From contig OZ024742.1 of the NCBI GenBank assembly GCA_964016885.1, forward strand, positions 55,924,001 through 55,988,000: a stretch of DNA of 64,000 nucleotides. Direction: 5' to 3'. The translations under genes and the position numbers were made by a program. Below, piece after piece: positions 52,268 to 64,000 of the stretch (the first letter of the stretch is position 1; every line of letters starts with the position of its first letter). The stretch comes from Eledone cirrhosa (lineage: Eukaryota). The notes under the pieces are model-generated. The model saw only the letters and a list, made by a program, of their open reading frames with translations, was not told the origin of the DNA and searched no databases.

Positions 52268-55200
52268 TAAGCTATATCGGACTTAGAAGGACAGATGAGT
52301 CTAACAGAGGGGTTACTAATGAAGTCTACCTTATGATCCTTAAGAGTCAATCTCGGTTCTCTAGGGTAATATGGCTGGGCATACTTATCAAGGCCGAGGT
52401 CCGAGACTATTTTAAGACCTTCACTATTGATATGGTTCAAAGTATCTAGCGTAGTCTTTTTATAATTTCTATGCAGCTCCTTATAAATAAAGTCACGGTA
52501 AGCACTCTAATCCATAGAGTATAGATTCTTAGTCTTATCCACCGGGACAAGAATAGACTTATTCGCACTAAAACTCTTAACAATATTTTTAAGTCTAGAC
52601 TGGAACTTATCAAATTTATTATAATTTCTATGTCTATTATTTGGCCTACACTTAATATTTTTGACAAGAGAGAGTAAGTCACTTTCAAAATTATCTAATA
52701 GAACATTATGTGGTGGGCTCTTATAAGATTTGAAGCCATAGTTATTAAAATGAGTTCTATTCCCGGGGTCCTTCCTATTCCTATTAATATCATAGTGGAA
52801 AGCACGCCATCTAATCCTTTTTACGAAGGAGTTAACACTAGCAATCAATAGTTTTTCGTAAGTATTCTTAGAGGGGGTGGAAATATTCTTCAGAGATAAA
52901 GGCAGGTAACTCTTTGTTAGCATACTGTCAGATATATATAAAGGCCAAAACACCAGTATATAGGAGGAAGCTCAACCAATCGGGAGCAGTGACAAGGATT
53001 AAAATACTGGAGCGTGTTGGAGTTAAACACCCTCTTCGTATTATAGAAATGACAGTAAAAGGTATAGCTCAATGTAATTAAACAGAGCCGAAGAATTATG
53101 AAAATAAAACAAAGAAGCCTTCAATACATCAAAAGTCTTTATTAACTAACAATGTTTCGTCCTATTAAGGACTGATCAGGGCAATCAAAACCACAAGAAG
53201 TACTATCGGCCAATACAAGCCGAAAACTCCGAAGAATATGGAGTGTACATACACTAAAGTATTGGAAGATTATGGGTAAAAATATATAATAAAAATCACT
53301 AAGGAGGTGGATAACATTTTGAACCATATTACAAATATAGTCCAAAGCAAAAAACTAGAGCTAAACAAAGGTGGTTATATAGAGCGGGAATTATAATACT
53401 ATATGTAATACAATATACTTGTAACAATATAAAAATTAAAATTAAAATTAAAAGGCACAATATACATATGTATATATATACGCACACGTACGCACATATA
53501 CACATACATCAATACACATTTCCATCATTAACAGCACAAATTAAACCTTATTAAGAGTTTAAATATAAATAAGCATAATAGGAATAAAAATTAAAATAAT
53601 AAGTATATCAAATATACAGTATAACATAAAGTAATGAAATGATTAAAAGTAACACATATAATATATAATAAACTATATAATTATATAATATATAATATAA
53701 TATAATAGATAATCTCCGGTTAATTTACACAAACAATATAGATGTCACAATAACACTATAATAATAATATAGTAATATATAATATATAATGGCATGTAAG
53801 TTAACAAATCAATTCATATAGAGTTAGAGAGCAGGTGAGAAAAAAAATATAAATTGTACAATACCCAAAATTATGATGGTACAAAAATATATAAACATCT
53901 TTCATGATATATAAAATTTAACATATCATAATGGTACATAAAATCATCGGTAAGTAACACAGATCAATAATACATTTACAGAGAGTTGAATAACAACTTC
54001 AATATAAAATAATGAACATAATATAATATATAATTACTTATAATTACAAGGTTGGTAAACAGACACATATGTGAATGAGTGAATAAGGGCAAGACAGAAA
54101 ATACTATGCACAGTAGTATTAATAAATAAATAAATAAATAAATGAATAAATAAAATCGACCGGAAATCAAAAAACAAAAACAAAAGTATTTACTTAGGTC
54201 TCACATGCAGTTAAGTAAAAACTTAGGAAACAACCCAGATAAATGACTAGAAAACCCTATTTGATAAATTAATATTGAAAATATTTAAAATACCTAATAA
54301 GGCAATACAATATAAGCTATTCTTTAAGTGATCAAAATCCGTAAATATTAATATTTCACTATAAATATATATATAGAAAGGAATGAAATATTCTACTATC
54401 ATTTATATAACGATATCTTAAAAACTGACTTAAGCAGAATTATGGTAGGTTAATAGGGACAGAAAAAAGAAATGTATGAAGGATATAAAGGAGCATAAAA
54501 TCATAATCAATATACTGTATTATATAATAGAAAGGAACATAAAAAAGGGAGGATTAAATATAATCATAATATATTTGAAGGGGTTAGCAATAAGTTTATG
54601 TGTGCATGGGGGGAGGAGGGGGCGGGTTTATCCAAAGAAGAATCCAAATAAAATAAAATAAAATGAAATAAAATAATATAAATTATATAATCAGATATAT
54701 ACTCATAAGGTGTTAATAGTGAAAATTTAATGTGTAAGAAGATAGATATGGTATAGTAGCCAAAAGATTATGAGAGCTAGAATAGAAAGTTGTCAAAAAC
54801 CAATGATAATAATGATGATAATAATGGTGGTAAACAAAAAGAACCTAAACTAAAAAAATAAGTAATGGAATATATCAGCTAGTGGATACAATTTACACTA
54901 CTAGAACCTTTAGGTTTATAATAAAAGTAAGAATTTGAAATAGCGTGGGTCAAGAAGAGAATATCTCAGACTTTCTATTAAGTAAGGATTCACTAGAGAA
55001 AATTATAGAGTGTGTCTCGAGGATACAGAGATTACAAAATTTAGTATGTGTAGAAAGGTTATTAGAGCGTGCTACTAAACGCCAATTAAGGTTATATGGT
55101 ATATTAGCCCTCTTAAGATCCCAAATATAGTGTGCTAAAGAAGTAGAATTCTTAAACTTAACATGTTTGAAATTAGAGATATGAGAATTAAACCTGGTCT

Positions 55201-55992
55201 TAAAAGTGTTAGATGTAGAGCCTATATAATTTCTATTAGAGGAATTAGTTATAACTACGCAAGCATAAACGATGTTCTTAGAGAGGCAGTTACCGTTTAA
55301 AGGGCAGTTAGCACTCACTCTACAGTTACACTTCCGGGTGGTATTGATTGGCTGAAGTAGTGATGCATTACACGTAGGATTACTATTAGATAAGGTCTGC
55401 TCTGGTGGTAAGGCATTTGTAGATCTGTTCAGACTAGTAGTATGTAGAGAGGAGTATCCATCCTTAATTTTCCTATTGTTAGTGCTAGCTAAATGAGAAC
55501 TAATATCAGGGGTGGTAGAGAATGAAAGTTTAACATTTTTATTAAAAATACTATGGTATTTATGGGAGGGGGGTAATTTTTCGCTAAGATAGAAAAGAAA
55601 GACCTAGAGATATTAGTTAATACTTCCTGATTATATGGCGGGTTAAAATAAGTATTTAGTCTCCTTCTATTTTTATCCTTTCCGAATCTACCATTATCCA
55701 ATATCCCATTATTAAGACTAGGGTTACTACAAGGATTAGTTAAAACCGCATTATTAGAATCAGCCAAAATTCCATTAAGTCTCTTTCTGTTTCTACCTCT
55801 AGTAGATCTGTTGCTGTCTGGAATCCTATCAAAAGGATTAGGGCCAATAATAGGATCAGTAGAAACAACATTATTAGAATTAAATCTAGCAAAAGCATCA
55901 CCAATGAGTGATCGCTCAGACGGTTCGACTTGATTCCTAGAGGTATTATATTCCCTATTACGAGTCCGGTGGGTTAACTTATGGATGGGTTC
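52268..55992 (-). mobile_element. Decayed Naiad-type PLE partial tandem: EN end (54900-55990), long 3'UTR/pLTR, then N-terminus of the next copy (52923-52268)
   Basis: CNC...NCPLNGNC..IVY..YIGST..CNLC; SLKNISTPS..FVKRIRWRAF..PSVRLICPSKSDI. Confidence 0.88.
53138..53190 (-). ncRNA. Hammerhead with G8C core mutation (probably inactive)
   Basis: CTGATCA-GTCCT TAAT AGGAC-GAAA-CATTG-TT; ~220 nt upstream of the ORF start. Confidence 0.65.
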
Positions 55993-56040
<48 letters not shown>

Positions 56041-56150
56041 GGTGTGTAGTCCTAAAAGAAGGTATACACACTTTGATTACCTGTATACCTGTACAGGCAC
56101 TATTTATTAGAATGCTGTTGAAGTGTGTATACCCTTTCGGGGGACACCCG

Positions 56151-56196
<46 letters not shown>

Positions 56197-56494
56197 GAAA
56201 TAAAATGAAAACGAAATTTCATTTCTCACTCTTAGTATGGCACTTACTTAAATGTAAGTATGTATGTATACGTACATACATATATGTATACAGACGTACA
56301 GTAGCATGCATATATATATATATATATATATACATATATACATACAGGTACACATACATATATGCACACATCAGTTTAGCGGACGCTTATTATAACGCCG
56401 CTTTGTTCGTTTGTAAACAAACTGAACAGCCTGAATTTATGCCATACGGTGTTAAGGCAACTACGTCACCTTTTTGTTCAACACTGACACAGGA

Positions 56495-56537
56495 ACGATG
56501 TACTAGTTTCAAGCTTGTTAGCTATCATCAGCACCGT
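56495..56537 (-). ncRNA. Type I hammerhead (family A)
   Basis: ACGGTG-CTGATGA-TAGCT AACA AGCTT-GAAA-CTAG-TA-CATCGT. Confidence 0.87.
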
Positions 56538-56773
56538 ATACCCATCTGCCACACAGTTGAACGTTCGAAAGTATATACTTTCCTTATGAAAATTAACGGC
56601 TGAGCAGCCTAATTTGCATATTGAGTGAGTTAAATCGGTCAGGCATACCGAAAACGATAAGTTGAAATAAAATGTAAACGAAATTTCATTTCTCACTCTT
56701 AGTATGGCACTTACTTAAATGTAAGTATGTATGTATACGTACATACATATATGTATACAGACGTACAGTAGCA

Positions 56774-56865
<92 letters not shown>

Positions 56866-57017
56866 TACATACAGGTACACATACATATATGCACGCATCA
56901 GTTTAGCGGACGCTTATTATAACGCCGCTTTGTTCGTTTGTAAACAAACTGAACAGCCTGAATTTATGCCATACGGTGTTAAACGTTCGAACGTTCAACT
57001 ATCTGGCAGATGGGTAT

Positions 57018-57060
57018 ACGGTGCTGATGATAGCTAACAAGCTTGAAACTAGTACATCGT
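57018..57060 (+). ncRNA. Type I hammerhead (family A)
   Basis: Same motif as 56495-56537. Confidence 0.87.
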
Positions 57061-57210
57061 TCCTGTGTCAGTGTTGAACAAAACGGTGACGTGGTTGCCT
57101 TAACACCGTATGGCATAAATTCAGGCTGTTCAGTTTGTTTACAAACGAACAAAGCGGCGTTATAATAAGCGTCCGCTAAACTGATGCGTGCATATATGTA
57201 TGTGTACCTG

Positions 57211-57294
<84 letters not shown>

Positions 57295-57530
57295 TGCTAC
57301 TGTACGTCTGTATACATATATGTATGTACGTATACATACATACTTACATTTAAGTAAGTGCCATACTAACAGTGAGAAATGAAATTTCGTTTTCATTTTA
57401 TTTCAACTTATCGTTTTCGGTATGCCTGACCGATTTAACTCACTCAATATGCAAATTAGGCTGCTCAGCCGTTAATTTTCATAAGGAAAGTATATACTTT
57501 CGAACGTTCAACTATCTGGCAGATGGGTAT

Positions 57531-57573
57531 ACGGTGCTGATGATAGCTAACAAGCTTGAAACTAGTACATCGT
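57531..57573 (+). ncRNA. Type I hammerhead (family A)
   Basis: Same motif as 56495-56537. Confidence 0.87.
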
Positions 57574-57723
57574 TCCTGTGTCAGTGTTGAACAAAAAGGT
57601 GACGTGGTTGCCTTAACACCGTATGGCATAAATTCAGGCTGTTCAGTTTGTTTACAAACGAACAAAGCGGCGTTATAATAAGCGTCCGCTAAACTGATGC
57701 GTGCATATATGTATGTGTACCTG

Positions 57724-57817
<94 letters not shown>

Positions 57818-58053
57818 TGCTACTGTACGTCTGTATACATATATGTATGTACGTATACATACATACTTACATTTAAGTAAGTGCCATACTAACAGTGAGA
57901 AATGAAATTTCGTTTTCATTTTATTTCAACTTATCGTTTTCGGTATGCCTGACCGATTTAACTCACTCAATATGCAAATTAGGCTGCTCAGCCGTTAATT
58001 TTCATAAGGAAAGTATATACTTTCGAACGTTCAACTATCTGGCAGATGGGTAT

Positions 58054-58096
58054 ACGGTGCTGATGATAGCTAACAAGCTTGAAACTAGTACATCGT
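58054..58096 (+). ncRNA. Type I hammerhead (family A)
   Basis: Same motif as 56495-56537. Confidence 0.87.
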
Positions 58097-58252
58097 TCCT
58101 GTGTCAGTGTTGAACATAAAGGTGACGTGGTTGCCTTAACACCGTATGGCATAAATTCAGGCTGTTCAGTTTGTTTACAAACGAACAAAGCGGCGTTATA
58201 ATAAGCGTCCGCTAAACTGATGCGTGCATATATGTATGTGTACCTGTATGTA

Positions 58253-58332
<80 letters not shown>

Positions 58333-58382
58333 TGCTACTGTATGTCTGTATACATATATGTATGTACGTATACATACATACT

Positions 58383-58445
<63 letters not shown>

Positions 58446-59364
58446 GCTGCTGCCGTCTATCGAATTCCAATAACTCGATGATGCTTATATATTTGTCTTC
58501 TACTCTGTTTTCAGTGTTTTCTTTTTGTTTTGTTTTTGTTTTGTTTTCTTTTTTTATCCCTTTTGTTTGGTTTTTGTTTTTTTAATTTGAAGCAATACAT
58601 CGGCATCGACTGGCAGAGCAAAATTGTATATACTTCTTTTTATATTGCTACGTTTCGGAGTGTTGATTTGTGGGCGATGTCTGAGAGATGTTTGGCTGTT
58701 TGTTTAATGTTCGTGACACTCTATTAATTGAGGATGTTATGACTTGAGATTTTGTGTTTCTATTGTTGCTGTTAATGCTACTAATTACTCTATATAGTGT
58801 TTTCATGTTAGTTTTATGGTTTATGTTGGATACAATTGTTTACTATTTTCTGACATTCTGTGGTTTATTTTCGTTTTTAATTATTATTATTATTAATTTT
58901 TTTTTTTTTTGACGTTGAGTTTTATTTTGGCTGTATGTGTGTATGTGTATTATGTGAAGTTATTTCTTTGATGTCGTCTATTTATCATCTGTAAATAGAG
59001 TTCTATTTTTATGTTGCCATATAGTATATGTTAGTTCAATGTAAGCATAATCATCTTTTTTTATGTCTTTACGATCGTGCCTCTATTGCTGATTATGGAG
59101 ATGTTGAGTTTTGAAAATCTTGATTCTCATTGTTGCTAGAAATTGTTTCAGTATGTTTTTATCTTTGAAGTATCTGAAAATATTTTATATTTTCAATGTA
59201 CTATGGAAATTCAATTGATAATTAGGGATAGCTATATGAGGAAAGAGGTTGCGGTATCCAGGTGTGTGAAAAGAGATGTGATGATTAGGGAAGAGTTTAA
59301 ATTAGTTTCTTGTGGATATGAAGCTGAGTTGGTGAGGATGGAATAATTTTAAATATATTATTAT

Positions 59365-59786
59365 AAGATGCGTGATGCTGCATGGTAGTGAGTCATGGGC
59401 AGCAACTGCGAGGTATATAAGAAGGCTGGAGAGAAATGCAACTCTCATGTTGCGATGGATGGGCAACTCAATGTGCATGGACGAATTGAGAGTGAAATTG
59501 TGTATAAGAGGAATAAACAGTAGTGTGCAGGAGAGAAGACTGTGTTGTTATGGTCATGTGATGCGCATAGAAGTTGACCACTGGGTAAAAAGTGTTGTTG
59601 TAATCCCAGTGGAAGGAGGGCGCAGTAATGGAAAAGCAAGAAAAGTATAGATTGCGGTGGTGAGAGCTGATCTCAGGTGGTTGAATCTCACAGAGAAGAT
59701 GACGAAGGACCATGGCAAAGAGGCTGAAGTGGGCCCGTCCCACCCTTGAAAGCAAGGAACAGCGGACGTAAAATGTCGATGATGAC
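59365..59786 (+). pseudogene. Decayed RTE LINE 3' fragment
   Basis: MLHGSESWA..RRLERN..MLRWM..RRLCCYGHVMR, homologous to 29903-30300. Confidence 0.82.
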
Positions 59787-59976
59787 ATTATAAGACATAT
59801 TCAACCAACTAGAGTGTTTTGAATATCTTGTCTGTTTTCAATATTGATGAGAGTGAGTGTTAAAGGCTTAAATGAGGAATGGAGGACTAGAGAACAGTTG
59901 ATTAAGACAGGTGTGGTGCGCGCGGACCCTTGCATGTATATATTTATATGTATGTGTGTGTGTGTATATATATATA

Positions 59977-60030
<54 letters not shown>

Positions 60031-60577
60031 CGTGTGCGTGTGCGTGTGTGTGTGTGCGTGTGTGTGTGTGTGCGTGTGTGCATGCCTGTTTAATTTGATT
60101 AGAAACCAAAGAATTTAAGACATTTATTAACTGAAAATACTTCATACCTAGGTTACGCTACCTATAGCAAATTATCTTATTTAATAATTCGACATTAATG
60201 AGTATAGACCGTGGGTGTCATCAGAGTTTATGTAAAGGCCAATATGAGTAGTTACTCAAGAGGATAATTAGAATAGATATTGTACAAATCGCTTATCAAT
60301 ATATCACGATACAATTTTACAATTATGAATACAGTTCAAAAATATCGTGCTCTGAAGAAAGTATATTGTGCTGTTTGTGTTTCAGAGTTAACTGTTCAAA
60401 CAATAGTATCATTATTATTAACAGCTTTTCTAAAATGAACTTGTATATATATAGTTCATGAGAGCTATATTCATATTGTTTTGAAGCAGTCAAGTATTTA
60501 CATAATTCTTTTTTTATATATATTTACTGCGGATCAAACGTTATATTGCGAAATATGAAAAATGAAAATAAACGCGG

Positions 60578-60609
<32 letters not shown>

Positions 60610-60612
<3 letters not shown>

Positions 60613-62685
60613 TAATTTAAGTCAAATATGTAAAATTTGGCTTCGTTTATTATAAATTATAAATTACTGCTATATGTATTTCGGTGACAGCCATCATCGG
60701 CTGTGACCTCTTCAGGCAGTCCGAATTGGTGTGGAAAATACGGGTACACATGTTGTTGAAGTGTGTTTTACTCCGTCAATACATCGATATGTCCAGCTCC
60801 TGAGTGTGTTGTTATTCCTCCGATGAACTGGAAACATATGGGCTAGAACAAACGAATTTCAGCGTCATAGGACACGCTCGTATCCCATTGGTCAGTTGTG
60901 AGAACATACCTCAGTCAAAAGTCTTTAGAAATTCTTCTGAGGCAAGTTATACTTGTTTTTGTTATACTTGTTTTTGCCATAATGTTTAAGTACAGCTGAC
61001 CTCTGTGTGGTAGTGGTAGTGGTGTTAAGGGGTCAGTTGGCACGTCAGCTTCAGTATTTTGCTGCCATGGTCTGAAGAATGTATGTGTGTAGGCTGGCAT
61101 CTATCCTGCCGCAATTTCACGTGGTGGGAGGCGCCAAACAAATAAAAAATGCGTGTGTGCTACAACGAATGTCAAACAAAAAGTATGAACTGAAATAAAA
61201 AACCTGTGTCAGAATCGAGAAGTGTAAAGAATTACAATGCTTATTTCATCATAGAGTGGTGCGTTTTAAAAGTAAATGAGGCAAAAGTGGAGTGTAAAAT
61301 ACCAAAAACCTGTGTCAAAATCCAGAAGTGCAAAGGACTGAAATTCTTATTTCTGCATAAAGTACATATGCGTGTATGTCAACGCATACCGTTGCAAGCA
61401 CACACGCACAAACACAGGCTCAGGTGCTTTCCCATATTACGTCTACAGAGTCACACACTCTCATACATGTACACATACACATAGCGCATATACGCCCATA
61501 TGTGCATACACAGACACGGACACAGGGTCAAAGTGCCCTTTGGGGTTGGGAGAGGGTTAAGTGGTAGTAATCGGCGCGTCATTTTTACTTGTAGTATTTA
61601 TCCCTGACTCATGCGTTCTAGGGGGGTCGGGTTCGAGGCAGGATATACTTCGGTTATTCGGATCACAAGCCGGGGTTGGGCGTTGGGGCCCGTTGGTCGG
61701 AAAATTGGGGTGCCTGTCTGCACAGAAGATAGGACTCCACCGACGAACTTGGTCTATTTATATTATCTAGTGTTTGCTAACTTGAGTTCTGATTAAGGAA
61801 GTGAGAGAGAGGAGTTGACCACAGCGGTGTATGGCATGGTATTAACTGCTAGGGGTGTGTGTTGCTATAGGAGTCGATCGAGGTGGGAGTAGGGGTGGGG
61901 AGTGTGTAGGTGGTGGTTTAACTTGGGCTCGGTGTGGCGGGGCTACTGTCTCTATAGCTTGAGGGAAGCTCCCATCCCAATGTGTTGTTATTATCCATAT
62001 AGATTGAGGAAGGTTCCGGCCCTGAGGCGTCTACAGTACCAAAGAAGTCGGTCCTGAGGTTGATTAGGCTGCTTTCACCACTGAGTATCTCGAGGGTCTC
62101 GCTCAGACATAGGTTGCAGATGCCAAATCTCCCTCTATCAGGTGGTACTTTCCTGATTTGGGACCATGCCAGTGAGTACGGAGTCCTGTCCGGCTTGGGC
62201 TTCCAGATCAGTTCGGAAAGATCCGTACATTTCCCTTTGCCCTCCCTATTAAAGGAAGGGCGTGGTTATACAATCTGTCTTTGAAGCTCGTTAATGTGGC
62301 TCCTATGTAAAGGTGCTCAGAGTTGGGGTTTTTTACTCTACATCCGTATACTAAGTTCTTCATGAGGCATTCATTACTAAGGGAGCATAATGTGGGCTTC
62401 TGCAGTTGCAGAATGTGGGGTTTCCGTTGCGTAGTATAGGGTGGTCATCCCCTGGGCTGGGTGGGGTGTCCTTAGGTCTGTTTGGGTTCCTAGGGTGGGT
62501 ACCAGGTCCACCATTCCTTCCCTCCACATGGCTCTGCTGGGTGCTTATATTGCCAGCTTCTGGTTGTGTGTAGTTTCTAAGTCTACCCCTATTGATGCTA
62601 GCTATGTGCGGGGCTACGTTGCGCGTAGTCGAATACGAGAGCTTCACAGTGTGCCTGTTGAAGATCTTGTGGTATCATTTTGTAT
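60610..62685 (-). mobile_element. Decayed Naiad-type PLE 3' end (GIY-YIG relic ~61995-62685 plus 3'UTR) ending at (TA)n
   Basis: YHKIFNRHTVKLSYSTT, CNCR, LVYGC..YIGAT..FKDR..H and CNLCLSE across frameshifts. Confidence 0.8.
60666..60720 (-). ncRNA. Type I hammerhead
   Basis: ACTGC-CTGAAGA-GGTCACAGCC GATGAT GGCTGTCACC-GAAA-TACATA-TA-GCAGT. Confidence 0.87.
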
Positions 62686-63453
62686 TTTTCTCTGTATATA
62701 ATTATTCCACGCCATTTGTGGCGTATTTGACGTCGATTTGTCTTACGTTTATTTTGCAATTATGTAGCGGGTCAGACGAAACAATAATGTATCAAGTGGA
62801 ATCATGAAACTAGACATTTTCAATAAACTATACAGTTATGCGAGACGATGTATTATGAAAGGTATCTTTACAAGGTAAAGAAACATTGGAGTGTATATAA
62901 GTTCCACGATCCGAAAGTGCTAATGGAGAAAAGGCCTATGAGGAAGTATTAACTTTAAAAGAGAAGATAAACATTAATAAGTTAGTGATAGTCATATGTA
63001 TAAGTACGAAATTAGTTATAGAGAAATTGTGTCTGTAGATAAGAAATGAAGACATTCAAATGAAAATACTGCAACATAAAATAAACGCTCTTCTGTTATA
63101 AACATTTATCATCACAAATCTCAACTTCAAACTACTTATTTCTTTGATAACATAAAAAATGATTTATGTAGCGCATTAACTATTGAGTGCAACTATTAAT
63201 AGTCTGTTTTGAAAGACTATGTCGCCTGGGATTTTAGGAGTGTAAATGATGTAAAATAATGTTGAAGTTTAAAGAATAGAAAGTTAAAGGTGTAAGGCAG
63301 ACATATAAAGCAAGAGAGGGAAAGAGAGAAAGCTAGAGATAGAGAGAGAGAAGGAAACAGATAGAGAGAGAGCGATAGAGAGATAAAATGAGAGAGAACT
63401 GGAGTGAATACAAAAGAGACAGCGGGAGGTATATGAAAAGTAATTTACAAAAT

Positions 63454-64000
63454 GGAAAAAATGAAACGATAATTCCTTTCCCACTCTTAGTACGGCTGTT
63501 ACTTAAATATAAGTATGTACACGTACATACATATATGTATACCGACGTACAGTAGTATGTATATATATATATACATACATGCACACATATATATATGCAC
63601 GTATGGATTCACCGAACATTTATTATAATGCTCGGTGTGTTTGTAAACAAACATCCCGTATTAAGCCGTAGTGTCTAGCAACCACCGTTGCTCGTTTGTT
63701 CAACACTGACAAAGGAACGCTGTACTAGTTTCAAGCTTGTTAGCTATCGTCAGCAACGTATACCTTCCTGCCAGATTGTTGAACGTATATACTTACCTTA
63801 TGCATATTAACGGCTGAGTAGCCCAATTTGCATATCGAGTGGGTTAATCGGCCGGGTGCACCGAAAACGATAAACGGAAAAAATGAAACGATATTTCATT
63901 TCTCACTCTTAGTACGGCTGTTACTTAAATATAAGTATGTACACGTACATACATATATGTATACCGACGTACAGTAGTATGTATATATATATATATACAT
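63454..64000 (-). mobile_element. Retrozyme-like family A tandem (422-nt period), running off the window edge
   Basis: 63482 onward is repeated at 63904 onward. Confidence 0.82.
63717..63759 (-). ncRNA. Type I hammerhead (family A)
   Basis: ACGTTG-CTGACGA-TAGCT AACA AGCTT-GAAA-CTAG-TA-CAGCGT. Confidence 0.87.

Larger units (their letters stand above)
56195..58387. mobile_element. Retrozyme-like family A array: ~1.6 minus-sense units, then ~2.7 plus-sense units (inversion near 56983)
   Basis: Periods of 513 and 523 nt that differ only in internal (TA)n; no ORF. Confidence 0.88.

Noticed and set aside
54948-54952. TGA at the conserved terminal Cys of a Naiad endonuclease, a possible selenocysteine (some Naiads encode selenoproteins)
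   Set aside because: Homologous sequence (H..YYKP) resumes only in a shifted frame, so a 1-nt deletion in TG(Y)-ACC-CAC explains the TGA. The intact 813-aa ORF has no in-frame TGA.

Overview
AT-rich, microsatellite-saturated animal DNA. The SINE and repeat content resemble a cephalopod such as Octopus, which is my inference. I found no host gene, and almost all IYIY/CVCV ORFs are translated (TA)n/(CA)n. The window is a nest of mobile elements, mostly inserted in (TA)n tracts. It holds at least 8 Penelope-like retroelements (PLEs; RT + GIY-YIG), including one intact ~813-aa Naiad-type ORF inside a 14.4-kb tandem-plus-inverted array. It also holds RTE and R4/Dong-like LINE relics, tRNA-derived SINEs and three head-to-tail Helitron-like elements. 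Reading by eye, I found about 30 hammerhead-ribozyme (HHR) motifs, intact or decayed, in PLE pseudo-LTRs and in ORF-less tandem units of about 420-640 nt (retrozyme-like). The most unusual is a tandem non-coding family at 6.0-6.8 kb and 46.5-47.4 kb. There the three HHR core strands appear in a non-circularly permuted order, joined through a canonical kink-turn and supported by covariation. All RNA structures were folded manually and none is computationally or experimentally verified.
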